Part shown: positions 18,496 to 28,597 of the stretch, piece after piece
Numbering within the stretch: position 1 is the stretch's first letter
How the letters are laid out: every line of letters begins with the position of its first letter
Program-made: the position numbers and the translations under genes
The notes under the pieces: model-generated
Database searches by the model: none
What the model saw: the letters and a program-made list of their open reading frames with translations, nothing else
Told to the model about the DNA's origin: nothing
Virus record (IMG/VR): IMGVR_UViG_2626542208_000008
Direction: 5' to 3' (one strand)
Origin: an uncultured virus (IMG/VR IMGVR_UViG_2626542208_000008)
Lineage: Duplodnaviria; Heunggongvirae; Uroviricota; Caudoviricetes
DNA: 64,000 nt

Positions 18496-19186
18496 TACAC
18501 CAGTTCGTACACTCGCCGACGGCAGCGGGATTCAGATCGTCTCAGGTCCAGGCGGCTGCCCTTGGGTGGTCGATCTAGAACGTCCGCACCTCGGTGGCAA
18601 TTTCGATGGAGGCGACCTCGGGACCTGGTACAAGGAAGACCTCTGGCCTTGGTTAATCGATACCTTCAATGTGAAGACCATGCTCGACGTCGGTTGTGGT
18701 ACCGGCGAATCAATGCGTTGGTTTACGGGCCGTGGCATCGAGGCCAGCGGAATCGAGGGCCTTCCCTGGAACGTGCAAAAATGCAATGAACGTGGCCCTG
18801 AGAAGATCATCCTCCACGACTTCAAAGAAGGTCCATGTCAGGTTGAAAAAGTTGATCTGATGTGGTGTGCCGATGTGGCCGAGCACATCGAAGAGGAGTA
18901 TGTCGATAACTTCATCAAGACACTAACACAGTGCAGAGTCTTAGCGATGTGTCAAGGTGGCGTTTCTAACGCGGAAGACGGTTGGCATCATGTAAATAAT
19001 CAGCCGTCGGAATATTGGAAGAAAAAGCTCAAGGTCGCAGGGATGGTTGAAGATACCGAGCTGACTGCAAAATCGCTCGAGATCGGAAATCATGGCTGGT
19101 GGACTCAGAGCGGGAAGATCTATATCAAAACAGAAAAGCCAAAAAAAGCAACCAAGTCGACGAAGGTCCATAAGTCGAATGTCTGA
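18476..19186 (+). CDS. Class I SAM-dependent methyltransferase
   Basis: GAGGAG RBS; MLDVGCGTG, DVAEHI, HHVNNQ. Confidence 0.85.
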   Translation: MFKIGPDTPVRTLADGSGIQIVSGPGGCPWVVDLERPHLGGNFDGGDLGTWYKEDLWPWLIDTFNVKTMLDVGCGTGESMRWFTGRGIEASGIEGLPWNVQKCNERGPEKIILHDFKEGPCQVEKVDLMWCADVAEHIEEEYVDNFIKTLTQCRVLAMCQGGVSNAEDGWHHVNNQPSEYWKKKLKVAGMVEDTELTAKSLEIGNHGWWTQSGKIYIKTEKPKKATKSTKVHKSNV

Positions 19187-19916
19187 CTTTAGACTTTACG
19201 ATAAAGCCGGACTTGAAGTAACCGAGGAAGACGCTGCATATGCTGCGACAGTCGCGGTATGCGGAGAATGGGACTCCAAGCACAACACCTTAAACCTCGC
19301 CAAACGCTGTCTTGCCGAAGGCATTCCAGGTGATTTCGTCGAGTGCGGAATCAACGCGGGCGGTCATCCGGCAATCATGGGCTATACACTTCAGCGTTAC
19401 GGTGGTGTCGCAGACGCAGATCGCAAGGTGCACTTATTCGATAGCTTCGAAGGACAACCGCAAGCAAGCGTTCACGATTGTCCCGAATACCGTGAATCTC
19501 TAGGAGTCAACCCAGATCCGACCAAAGGCATCGCAGCGAATTGGTTCATAGCGACGATCGAGCAAGTACAGCACAACATGTGGGCCTGGAAAGTACCGCT
19601 AGATCGCCTCGTGTACCACAAGGGGTGGTTGCAGGAAGTCTTGCCGTCGATCGCAGAGTCTTTTCCGAAGATCGCACTACTTCGCGTCGACGTCGACCTT
19701 CACGATTCGACCGTGCCGGTGTTCGAGTATCTCTACGACAAGGTCTCGCCAGGTGGTTACGTAATTTCGGATGACTGGGGGCAGTACCCACTCGACGCTC
19801 CCCCCGAAGGTTGCCGAAAAGCGACCCTAGATTTTTTTGATCGCCGAGGCTATCTACACCCTCGGGTCACGACGCTCCCTCGTCAGACTGGTACCGCCTG
19901 GTGGAGAAAGCCGTGA
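19179..19916 (+). CDS. TylF/MycF/NovP-family sugar O-methyltransferase
   Basis: PGDFVECG, LFDSFEG, KGWL, LLRVDVDL, SPGGYVISDDW, GCRKA. Confidence 0.9.
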   Translation: MSDFRLYDKAGLEVTEEDAAYAATVAVCGEWDSKHNTLNLAKRCLAEGIPGDFVECGINAGGHPAIMGYTLQRYGGVADADRKVHLFDSFEGQPQASVHDCPEYRESLGVNPDPTKGIAANWFIATIEQVQHNMWAWKVPLDRLVYHKGWLQEVLPSIAESFPKIALLRVDVDLHDSTVPVFEYLYDKVSPGGYVISDDWGQYPLDAPPEGCRKATLDFFDRRGYLHPRVTTLPRQTGTAWWRKP

Positions 19917-20725
19917 CCGCGAAACGTGCCATTGTCACAGTCGGAGTCTCTGGTACACGCCCGTTTGGCGTTTATCTCGATCGCTTCAAGCGAACCTTCG
20001 CCGAATTCGGCGGCGCGGATTATCTCAAGATCTGGCATCGCGACTGGCCACCTGGAAGCGCCTCGCATCGAGACATACACTACGGCTTCAAAGTACATGC
20101 GATCTACGAGGCGTGGCAGAAGGGCTTCACGAGCATTCTATGGATGGACTCATCGTGCAGTGCTTTTGCTTCACTCGACCCCTTGTGGCTACGTCTCGAG
20201 CGCGATGGGCATGTTCTTGTAGAAGACGCCAACGCGCTTGGGAATTGGTGCAGCGACTTCAGCCTCCAGACCTTCGGCATCACGCGCGATGACGCAATGA
20301 AGATCCGACTCATGTGCGGAACTTGCTGGGGCGTCGACTTAACAAACGAACGCAGCAAGACGTTCTTAGAACGTTTACGAAATTTTGCCACAGCCGAACA
20401 CTTCAACGGAACCCACCGAAGCCGTCTAGATGGTCTTCCAGCCGGAGGGCATCCGCGTCCGGGAACGGAAGGCGCCTCGGTTTCTAATGACGAACGAGTT
20501 TGGGGCCATCGATCGGATGAAGTTTATATGAGCCTCCTCGCTCGCGAACTGGGAATGATCACGCATTCTGGAGTCGAATTCATCGGTGGCTCCGGAAATA
20601 CTAACCCTCGCGCGTGCGTACGAAGCGGCTACGATCTCCCGCACGAGCGCCCGGCATCAGGGCCTTCTCCTGCGCGCCACACGAACGGCGCGCTCAATTA
20701 CGACGGGATTTTCAATCTGGACTAA
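19913..20725 (+). CDS. Putative glycosyltransferase-like protein
   Basis: YGFKVHAI...ILWMDSS...GHRSDE pattern; located inside the sugar cluster. Confidence 0.55.
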   Translation: MTAKRAIVTVGVSGTRPFGVYLDRFKRTFAEFGGADYLKIWHRDWPPGSASHRDIHYGFKVHAIYEAWQKGFTSILWMDSSCSAFASLDPLWLRLERDGHVLVEDANALGNWCSDFSLQTFGITRDDAMKIRLMCGTCWGVDLTNERSKTFLERLRNFATAEHFNGTHRSRLDGLPAGGHPRPGTEGASVSNDERVWGHRSDEVYMSLLARELGMITHSGVEFIGGSGNTNPRACVRSGYDLPHERPASGPSPARHTNGALNYDGIFNLD

Positions 20726-20727
20726 AA

Positions 20728-20913
20728 ATGTCCGCGTACGACGACAAGATCACACGCAACATCTGGAACCGTACCCTTGGAGCACGGAGGCCGGTACATG
20801 ATTGCAAACACGTGAACTACGAGAACACCATAGCGGGGGCGGTAGTCACTTGCCTGCATGGAATCGCGTGTAAGAACTGCGTACGAACGCGATGTAAGAG
20901 AGACAAGCAATGA
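20728..20913 (+). CDS. Small Cys/His-rich hypothetical protein
   Basis: Fills operon gap; stop overlaps next ATG. Confidence 0.55.
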   Translation: MSAYDDKITRNIWNRTLGARRPVHDCKHVNYENTIAGAVVTCLHGIACKNCVRTRCKRDKQ

Positions 20914-21500
20914 CCCTGGCTACGATCGCCGAACACACCGTGGACATAGACCTGCTCAAGCAAGGCTTTGTCCTCGATGCTGGTTGTCGCAACTTCATTT
21001 TCGCGCGTGAACTTGCACGTCTCGGCTGCTCTGTCGTAGCAGTAGACGCCGATCCAACCGTAGAGTATCCAAGCGATTTTCGCGGTATATTTCTCAATGT
21101 TGCACTCGCTACCGAATCTGGTGAACGCAACTTTCTCATGCACTCGAATCCAGAAGCGCGACACCTCGTCCGCGACGGCATCTTCAGCTTCCCGACGACC
21201 AAAGTCCGCACGACGACGATTTCCAACCTAATGGATTTCTACTCGATAGAGAGCTGGGACGTGGTCAAGCTCGACATCGAAGGGGCGGAATACGACATCC
21301 TTCAACAGTGGCCGGGGCCAATCGCGAAGCAGATCTCGATAGAATTTCACGAGCATTGTGGCCCCCGTCCAAAGGAATTGTACGACTCGATCTTCGAGCA
21401 CCTCAGTCAATGGTACAAGATCGCGCAACACGAGAAAGAAGCAAGACACTGTGCCGGAGAAAACTGGTGGGATACTCTGCTGATTCGGAAAGGAACCTAA
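20910..21500 (+). CDS. FkbM-family methyltransferase
   Basis: VLDAGC, VVKLDIEGAEYDIL, QISIEFH. Confidence 0.88.
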   Translation: MTLATIAEHTVDIDLLKQGFVLDAGCRNFIFARELARLGCSVVAVDADPTVEYPSDFRGIFLNVALATESGERNFLMHSNPEARHLVRDGIFSFPTTKVRTTTISNLMDFYSIESWDVVKLDIEGAEYDILQQWPGPIAKQISIEFHEHCGPRPKELYDSIFEHLSQWYKIAQHEKEARHCAGENWWDTLLIRKGT

Positions 21501-22501
21501 TGCGGCCGAGCAGGGGGGAGAGAATGCGCGTGTTCGTGACCGGGGCAACCGGCCCGTACGGGGCGCACTTCGCCAAGCTGTGTCTGGACAAGGGCCACGA
21601 TGTATTTTCAATCAGTCATTCTCGACGCCCACACGACTCCGCCTCTTTGCTCGGAATCACTGATAAGATTACCTGGGCACAAGGCGACATCCTCGACTCC
21701 GACTTCCTCGCGCTTTGTCTCGCAGAGTGGGACATCCAGGCCGTTGCACATTTCGCCGCAAAACCGCTCGTGCGCGTCGGCACGTTGGTGGCCGCGCCCA
21801 TTTTTCAAGTCAACACCATGGGCACGGTCGCACTTCTCGACGCAACAAAACAAGTCGCTGCCAAGCGCAAAGTGCTGTTTCTCTACGTCGGCACTGATAA
21901 GGAATACGGCAACGCAGGAGACGTGCCCTACACCGAGGACATGCCGCTTCTCGGTTCTTCGATCTATGAAGCGTCCAAGGTCGCAGCTGATGTTGCTTGT
22001 CGCTCATACCAAGCACACGGTCTTGTGCCACACCTTGTGACGAGCCGTTCATGCAACGTGATTGCGGCGGCCGACATGAATTGGCGTCTGGTCCCGAATA
22101 CGATCAGGCAATTTTTATGCGATGTACCAGCTAAGATTTACACCAAGGGTCAATATGTAAGAGAGTACATGAGCGTACTTGATGCCGTCGAGGCGCAATA
22201 TCTCCTCATGCTACGCGCCGACGAGTACGCAGGACAGTCTTTCAACATCGGCTCTGGCGAACAACGAACCCAGGAACAAGTAATCGAATATATCCGCGAC
22301 ATACATTTCCCGGGGGGGCAGATCACCCGCATTGATCCTCCAGCTCATCACTTCGTTGAGATCTCTTACCAGCGCCTCGACACGACCAAGATCCGCCGCG
22401 CACTTGGGTGGGAACCAAAACGCACGGTTGAGCAAGCCATCGCAGATGTGGTGGGTTGGTGGCATGAGCACAAAGATCTCGCGCCCTGGTCCTTACTATA
22501 A
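21500..22501 (+). CDS. Second NAD-dependent sugar epimerase/dehydratase (alternative start 21524)
   Basis: VTGATGPYG, HFAA, TDKEYG, YEASK, LGWEP. Confidence 0.88.
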   Translation: MRPSRGERMRVFVTGATGPYGAHFAKLCLDKGHDVFSISHSRRPHDSASLLGITDKITWAQGDILDSDFLALCLAEWDIQAVAHFAAKPLVRVGTLVAAPIFQVNTMGTVALLDATKQVAAKRKVLFLYVGTDKEYGNAGDVPYTEDMPLLGSSIYEASKVAADVACRSYQAHGLVPHLVTSRSCNVIAAADMNWRLVPNTIRQFLCDVPAKIYTKGQYVREYMSVLDAVEAQYLLMLRADEYAGQSFNIGSGEQRTQEQVIEYIRDIHFPGGQITRIDPPAHHFVEISYQRLDTTKIRRALGWEPKRTVEQAIADVVGWWHEHKDLAPWSLL

Positions 22502-22503
22502 CA

Positions 22504-23331
22504 ATGATGTATCACCGTATCGCAATTTACCCTTCCGTCCTCTACGGCGAAGACTTCATTGCCGAATCGATAGAATCGATCTTGCCAATTGTCGAACGCG
22601 TGTTCGTAATCTTCATGCGTCGTCCGTGGGGTAACACAGAGGGGGTGAGATACAAAGACGAGTGGATCTCATGGCCGGAAGTCTTCGATCGCGCTCGCGA
22701 ACGTGTCGCGACCATGCGCAACGAACAAATCGAAGTGGTCGAGGCTCAAAAAGATTCGCCCTGGGATCGCTGGGGCTTCGCGGTCAATAATATCGTACGT
22801 GATAAGCTCCAGATCGAAACAAAAGAAGTTCTCTTGCTAGATCCTGACTGCGTCTTCTCAAAGAAAAACGTCTTGTCTTTTGTTACGGAATGGATTGAGC
22901 ACCCTGAATATACTTGGGCGCAGCCAAAACAAGTCGAGCTATGGCGAACTCCAGCTTGGCAGATCACTAGACCAAGATCGATGGTCTCGATCCATCGTGG
23001 AGATCTTTCTCTACTGTCTTCCGATCGCCGTGGTACCAGACAACCTCCGCTGTCCTACCAGCTTTCAGCAATGGTCCATAACCTCGGATTCTGCGTCTCG
23101 CCAGAAGCCATGCGCTGGAAGCACCTAACTGCTATGGCTTTCTCTCCGGTAATCGGCGAATCCTTGCCTAATGAGAGCTGGTACGAAGAGAAGTGGTTGA
23201 ACTGGAAACCCGGAATGGGCGATCTAGAGGTCTCGCAGGGTTGTGAGAACATGATCCAGAGCGCGACTCCGTACGACGTGCGAGACCTACCCGAATCGAT
23301 TCAAAAACTCTACACGGAAGGACGATGGTGA
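22504..23331 (+). CDS. Putative GT2-like glycosyltransferase
   Basis: GEDFIAESIESILPIV..., LLDPD DxD, HNLG. Confidence 0.55.
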   Translation: MMYHRIAIYPSVLYGEDFIAESIESILPIVERVFVIFMRRPWGNTEGVRYKDEWISWPEVFDRARERVATMRNEQIEVVEAQKDSPWDRWGFAVNNIVRDKLQIETKEVLLLDPDCVFSKKNVLSFVTEWIEHPEYTWAQPKQVELWRTPAWQITRPRSMVSIHRGDLSLLSSDRRGTRQPPLSYQLSAMVHNLGFCVSPEAMRWKHLTAMAFSPVIGESLPNESWYEEKWLNWKPGMGDLEVSQGCENMIQSATPYDVRDLPESIQKLYTEGRW

Positions 23332-24110
23332 CCCCTTCGATTTCTATGCTGTTACCCGCACGAGGACGGCCAAAGCATCTCAAGCTTTCCGTGGAATCGG
23401 CCTTCGATCTTGCAAGCATCCCAGACACGGTCGAGTTTATCGTGCTTCTCGACGACGACGATCCGCATCTTCGCGAAGAAATGCAAATCCTCCAGGCGTT
23501 CTCGTTTGCGGACAATATCCAGATCGGGATCGACAGACGCCTTGGCTATAGCCTGATGCACGAGTACTATAACCGTTCAGCCGAAGCCGCGAAGGGCGAT
23601 TGGCTCTTCATGTGGAACGACGATATCCAGATGGTAAGCAATGGTTGGGACGATCTTGTACGTGACGCTCCGCTATTTTCGGTTCAGTTTCCTCGCCGAG
23701 ATATTACCAAGACCAGCGATTACACTCTGCCCGTGATTGGTCGACCAATCTACAATGCCCTCGGTCATCTCTCGATGAATGCCTATTGTGACGCATGGAT
23801 CTCCGATTTCTCGGCCTTCGCCGGGACTTCGATCGTGCGAGACGACATCGTGTTCTTGCATCACCGCCTCGACGACATGACCATGGCGGGTCAGGCCGAC
23901 GGCGGTAAAGAGTGGCAACGATTTACCGAAGAAGAACAGCTCAGAATGCGTCGCGCTGATATGGAAAAGGTCATCGCTGCCCCGGGCTACGCCGCGCGTT
24001 TCAATGGTTGGGACATCGAGGTGAACTACCACATCGGTGTCGACTACATCAAACTTGCCACGAACGAACTACGTGCGCAAGGCGTCGTGCTCAAAGGGCG
24101 ACGCACGTGA
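23325..24110 (+). CDS. Family 2 glycosyltransferase
   Basis: LLPARGRP, VLLDDDD, AKGDWLFMWNDD. Confidence 0.85.
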   Translation: MVTPSISMLLPARGRPKHLKLSVESAFDLASIPDTVEFIVLLDDDDPHLREEMQILQAFSFADNIQIGIDRRLGYSLMHEYYNRSAEAAKGDWLFMWNDDIQMVSNGWDDLVRDAPLFSVQFPRRDITKTSDYTLPVIGRPIYNALGHLSMNAYCDAWISDFSAFAGTSIVRDDIVFLHHRLDDMTMAGQADGGKEWQRFTEEEQLRMRRADMEKVIAAPGYAARFNGWDIEVNYHIGVDYIKLATNELRAQGVVLKGRRT

Positions 24111-25879
24111 AACAACGACTTTACCTTGTGCAGGTCAACAACCGCTACGGCGAGAACGTCTACGTGCCTTACAGTGTCGGCCTCTTGTGGGCCTATGCGC
24201 GCACGTTCAAGGAAATCACTGACGCTTATGAAATGGTCGATTTCCTGTACCTGAAAGAGTCGATCGACAAGGCCGTAGAGAAGATCGAGGCCCCCGACCT
24301 CATCGGACTTTCTTGCTACATCTGGAATTGGGAGTGGTGCAAAGCGTTCTCACAAGCGATAAAGATGAAATGGCCGAACTGCGTGATCGTCGTCGGTGGC
24401 GTTCAGGTTCAGGACGAATCGCCGAAGATTTTGGAGGAGCACCCCTACTTCGACTTCGCGATCTACGGAGAGGGCGAGGGCGCATTCGCGAACTTCCTCA
24501 AGGTACATGCCCTCGACACCGCTGCGACATCCTACGCTAGCGTCAAGTCGCTAATCTACCGCACATACAACGGCATCGTAGTGAACCCGAGACGAGAGTT
24601 TGTACCGCTCGATGCCTTACGATCGCCGTATCTTGACGGAGTGTTCGATGAGTTATGGTCGCGCGAACCGCGCTGGCAGGTGCTTCAAGAAACCGCTCGC
24701 GGCTGCCCGTACGCTTGCTCTTTCTGTTCTTGGGGTCAGGCTGCACTTACGGAACTGCGTCCGTTTTCAGAAGAGCGCGTGGTGAACGAACTGAAATGGT
24801 TCGGACAACACAAAGTAGACTACCTCGACAATGCGGATGCTAACTACGGCATCCTCAAGCGCGATATTGCTCTGACTCGCGTCCTCGCCGAAACCAAAAC
24901 CAAGTATGGCTACCCAAAGACCTTCCGAACATCGTTCGCTAAAAACAGCAACGATACCATCTGGGAGATCGCCAACATCCTCCACAAGGCAAAGATGCTC
25001 AAGAGCGTCACCCTCGCCATGCAATCGATGGACGACGGAGTCTTGATCAACATCAAACGCAAAAACATTAAATTCTCAAAATTTGGTGAATTGATCACGC
25101 GCTATGAAACGGCCGGAATCCCAACCTACACCGAACTAATCTTAGGTCTTCCTGGCGAATCGCTTCAGATGTTCATCGACGGCATAGACCGCAACTTAGA
25201 AGCAGGGCAACACTCCGGCCTTTTTTGCTATCTCAACATCATGCTCAACAACACCGAGCAGAATACGCCAGAATACATCACGGCGCACGGGCTCGAAACG
25301 CGCTTGCTCGAGGCAATGCTCACGCACGGAACCCCTGACCCGACTGTGATCAGAGAAAAGCAGGAGATCATCATCGCTACCAAGGCGATGCCGCATGCTG
25401 ACTGGAAACGAGCATATGTCTATTCCAAGGTCATTGAAATCTTCCACGCTCAAGGACTACTCCAGGATGTTGCCGTAGCGCTCAACACACGCGGAGTGAA
25501 GTACAGTACCTTCTACACTCGTCTTATCGATTGGTGCCACGTAAATCAGGACATGGTTGCTGGGTGGGGCGTGCGATTTATTGAACAGCTCCTCGACAAA
25601 GTATTGACGGGCGGATCATGGGATTGCGTCGACCCCATGCTCGGAGATATTTCCTGGCCACCAGAAGAGTTCGTGTTCGCGAAGATCTGCTGTCAGCTAG
25701 AAACTTTCTACGATGAGATCTGGCCATTCTTGAAAAGTTTCGGCGCGGAAAAAACAGAGATCGAGAAACAAGCAAGAGCGATCACTCCACCTGCGGCTGG
25801 CTTCGTCGCGGAGTGGGCCCGTGAAGTTGTATGGTATGGACGTAAGGGCTATCACAAAAAAATGAAGCGGGCATCTTAG
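24107..25879 (+). CDS. Cobalamin-binding (class B) radical SAM enzyme
   Basis: N-terminal B12 domain (IGLSCYIWN, VVGG, GEGE); ETARGCPYACSFC CxxxCxxC; DANYG; ELILGLPGE. Confidence 0.92.
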   Translation: MKQRLYLVQVNNRYGENVYVPYSVGLLWAYARTFKEITDAYEMVDFLYLKESIDKAVEKIEAPDLIGLSCYIWNWEWCKAFSQAIKMKWPNCVIVVGGVQVQDESPKILEEHPYFDFAIYGEGEGAFANFLKVHALDTAATSYASVKSLIYRTYNGIVVNPRREFVPLDALRSPYLDGVFDELWSREPRWQVLQETARGCPYACSFCSWGQAALTELRPFSEERVVNELKWFGQHKVDYLDNADANYGILKRDIALTRVLAETKTKYGYPKTFRTSFAKNSNDTIWEIANILHKAKMLKSVTLAMQSMDDGVLINIKRKNIKFSKFGELITRYETAGIPTYTELILGLPGESLQMFIDGIDRNLEAGQHSGLFCYLNIMLNNTEQNTPEYITAHGLETRLLEAMLTHGTPDPTVIREKQEIIIATKAMPHADWKRAYVYSKVIEIFHAQGLLQDVAVALNTRGVKYSTFYTRLIDWCHVNQDMVAGWGVRFIEQLLDKVLTGGSWDCVDPMLGDISWPPEEFVFAKICCQLETFYDEIWPFLKSFGAEKTEIEKQARAITPPAAGFVAEWAREVVWYGRKGYHKKMKRAS

Positions 25880-25886
25880 TCGATCA

Positions 25887-26669
25887 ATGTCACGATTCAT
25901 CCCTACGTCAGATCCTCGTTTCTTCGAAGCACAGCGCGTGTCCTGGTCCTCGCCGCCGATTGACGGCGTAGGCTATCTCCCGAGCGAAGAGCTTCTCCGT
26001 AAAGACAATCCGGCCCTGAAGCGGATGATCGACGCATTAGAAATCGAGCGCTACAACGTGAATGGCTGGCGCAATCACGAAAACAAATGGCGCAAGTATC
26101 TCGGTCTCGACGACACCCACGGTAAGTACGTACTAGATTACGGTTGCGGTTGCGGCGTAGAAGCGTTGCAGTTTGCCCGTAACCGGAACACCGTCTATAT
26201 CGCCGACGTCGCTGGCGCCAACCTACAGCTCGCTGAACGAGTCGCGAGTATCTACGGATGGGAAGTACGACCGATCTTGTTATCGATGATCCCGCCGTTC
26301 TTCGATGCGATCCCCCCGCTTGATGTCTTCTACTGCGTGGGGGTGCTCCACCACATTCCGAATGCGCGCGACGTTCTCCTCAGAGCATCCGATGCACTAA
26401 AGCCGGACGGTGAAATTCGCCTCATGCTCTACAGCGATATCGGTTGGCAGATCTCGACCGGAACACCTACCCCACCCGTCGAAGAAGATATCGAAACAAA
26501 CCCTAACTTTCAGAAGTTCACCGGAATCTTTGATTGTGTAGGGTGCTATGCCGACTGGTACAACGCCGAAAAGCTGAAGTACCGATTCGGCGACTTCTTA
26601 GATCTGATCGACTTTCAGTACATTTGCTCGGATAACGCCTATTGCGTTGCGATACTAAGGGGGAAGTGA
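25887..26669 (+). CDS. Class I SAM-dependent methyltransferase
   Basis: VLDYGCGCG, GVLHHIP, LKPDG. Confidence 0.88.
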   Translation: MSRFIPTSDPRFFEAQRVSWSSPPIDGVGYLPSEELLRKDNPALKRMIDALEIERYNVNGWRNHENKWRKYLGLDDTHGKYVLDYGCGCGVEALQFARNRNTVYIADVAGANLQLAERVASIYGWEVRPILLSMIPPFFDAIPPLDVFYCVGVLHHIPNARDVLLRASDALKPDGEIRLMLYSDIGWQISTGTPTPPVEEDIETNPNFQKFTGIFDCVGCYADWYNAEKLKYRFGDFLDLIDFQYICSDNAYCVAILRGK

Positions 26670-27958
26670 TGCGCGGGGCAATGATTGGCTGCGGGAAGCT
26701 TGGTTATCCGGTTTCTCTTGCTTGGGCAAAGTTCCACGACATGGTCGGATACGATGTCTCCCCCATCGCAAAAACTATCGAAGTATCAAGAAAATACCCT
26801 CACCTTGAACCGGGCGCACAGAAACTTCTTGACGAAGGATCGACCTTTCGCATTGTCGACTCGATGAATCGAGTTATCAAGCACGCCGACATCGTATTTA
26901 TCTCGGTACAAACACCGCACGGCCCAGAGTACGAGGGCATCACTAGGATGCCGGAGACACGCGCAGACTTCGACTATCGGATGTTAAGAACCGCGCTGAT
27001 CGAGGTCGCTACCGCCGCCAAGGCGCACAAGAAACACGTCACCGTGGTGGTGATCTCGACGGTGTTGCCGGGGACGAGCGCACGTGAGTTGTTACCGCTC
27101 ATTCGAGATAACGAGTTTGTTTCTTATGTCTACGCGCCGATGTTCATCGCCCAATCGACTGTCGTCGAGGATACGATGAACCCAGAGTTCGTACTCCTCG
27201 GTATCGATAAGTCAGACGCGCGAGGAGTGGAAGAGGTCAAGGCGTTCTACGGCGCGATGCACGCACCGGAAAAGCTCCGATTCATGTCGGTGGCATCTGC
27301 GGAGCTGTGCAAGGTTGCATACAACGTCGCCCTATCAATCAAGATCACCATCGCAAACAATCTCATGGAGATCGCCGATCACACGGGAGCAAATTGTGAC
27401 GAAGTGACCGACGCGTTAGCAAAGGCGACTGATCGTGTAATCTCTTCGAAATATCTACGCGGCGGAATGCCCGATGCCGGTCCGTGCCATCCTCGTGATA
27501 TTATTGCACTTTCCTGGCTTTCAGAAAAACTAAATTTAAGTCACGACTTCTTCGGCGCAATGGTACGCGGACGCGAAGCTCAGGCCGAGTTCATCGCTTC
27601 GGTCGCACAGATCGAAGCACTCGCGGCCCAAAAAGAGCGTTCGTACTTTCCCATTGTAGTGTTGGGAAAAGCCTATAAGAAAGGCACGAATTTAGTCATT
27701 GGTTCGTCCGCCATACTCCTCAAGAATCTACTTGCCGAATCAGGAGATAGCTGCACTGCATGGGATCCGCACGTCGATCCTCCGTGCACTTTTGAAGAAC
27801 CCTCGGTATTTCTCGTCGCTACCGATCATGATGAATTCTACGCGCCGTCGTTCACTTCGAAACTTCCGAAAAGCTCAGTAATCGTCGACCCGTGGGGGAA
27901 GATGCACGACATCGACGGATGCAAAGTCGTGCGTGTAGGGCGGCATCGCAGTGGTTGA
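26669..27958 (+). CDS. UDP-glucose/GDP-mannose dehydrogenase family
   Basis: IGCGKLG, SVQTP, STVLPGT, AELCKVAYN, GPCHPRD, LGKAYK. Confidence 0.9.
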   Translation: MRGAMIGCGKLGYPVSLAWAKFHDMVGYDVSPIAKTIEVSRKYPHLEPGAQKLLDEGSTFRIVDSMNRVIKHADIVFISVQTPHGPEYEGITRMPETRADFDYRMLRTALIEVATAAKAHKKHVTVVVISTVLPGTSARELLPLIRDNEFVSYVYAPMFIAQSTVVEDTMNPEFVLLGIDKSDARGVEEVKAFYGAMHAPEKLRFMSVASAELCKVAYNVALSIKITIANNLMEIADHTGANCDEVTDALAKATDRVISSKYLRGGMPDAGPCHPRDIIALSWLSEKLNLSHDFFGAMVRGREAQAEFIASVAQIEALAAQKERSYFPIVVLGKAYKKGTNLVIGSSAILLKNLLAESGDSCTAWDPHVDPPCTFEEPSVFLVATDHDEFYAPSFTSKLPKSSVIVDPWGKMHDIDGCKVVRVGRHRSG

Positions 27959-28043
27959 CGCGTGGTGGGCCATTCACTGAATATGGGTTTTCGACATCAC
28001 GACCTGGCTACGACTCCTTGCATAAGACGCTGAGGCTTGATCA

Positions 28044-28259
28044 GTGATGACTGTCTCAAAACCAGGCAACCCTCATGGCGCCGAGAACGAACCGCTTGCC
28101 ACCGTGAGCTTCAAGGTCGACGCCGAGACCTTCGAGGCGCTCAAGCGGCTTGAGGCGCGCTCGGGTGTACCTAATGTACGCGGTCGACGGTCGGCAATCA
28201 TTCGCAAGCTGATCCTCGATGCGGATCGTTCCTCAAAAACTAAAAGTAACACTTGGTAA
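28044..28259 (+). CDS. Ribbon-helix-helix DNA-binding protein
   Basis: VSFKVDAETFEALKRLE...RSAIIRKLI. Confidence 0.7.
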   Translation: MMTVSKPGNPHGAENEPLATVSFKVDAETFEALKRLEARSGVPNVRGRRSAIIRKLILDADRSSKTKSNTW

Positions 28260-28416
28260 TATAGTTCTAAGCCTTTGAAAATACACGATCCGGTCTACTC
28301 GATAGAATCCCAATTGCTTTTCAGATCGGTTTTGTGAGAGAAGGAACTGGAGATGAACTTCGCAGGCTACGAACACCTCGTCGGTGCGGCCCCCTTTTAG
28401 TGATCAAAGAGGGGTT

Positions 28417-28587
28417 GTGATGAGCGACAGGGTCGCCCTGATACTGTTCAACGTCGGAACCGCTTGGACGATCGCGGGACTGATCGATCAGTCCCTTGGC
28501 CCACCGACGCCCAGCGTTCGCATTTTCGCAGGCGGGACAGTGGCGGTTGCAGGCTGGATTTGTGCGTGTCTGGTGAAGGAGAAGTAG
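28417..28587 (+). CDS. Small two-TM membrane protein
   Basis: GAGGGG RBS; two hydrophobic segments; start approximate (GTG 28417 or ATG 28420). Confidence 0.5.
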   Translation: MMSDRVALILFNVGTAWTIAGLIDQSLGPPTPSVRIFAGGTVAVAGWICACLVKEK

Positions 28588-28597
28588 AAAAAAAAAA

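Noticed and set aside
10386..27958. Bacterial O-antigen/capsule locus or RiPP cluster
   Set aside because: No exporter, polymerase, initiating transferase or clear precursor peptide; coupled to viral genes
27959..28420. tRNA or attP near the integrase
   Set aside because: No cloverleaf, T-arm consensus or identifiable att core; att cannot be defined without the host sequence
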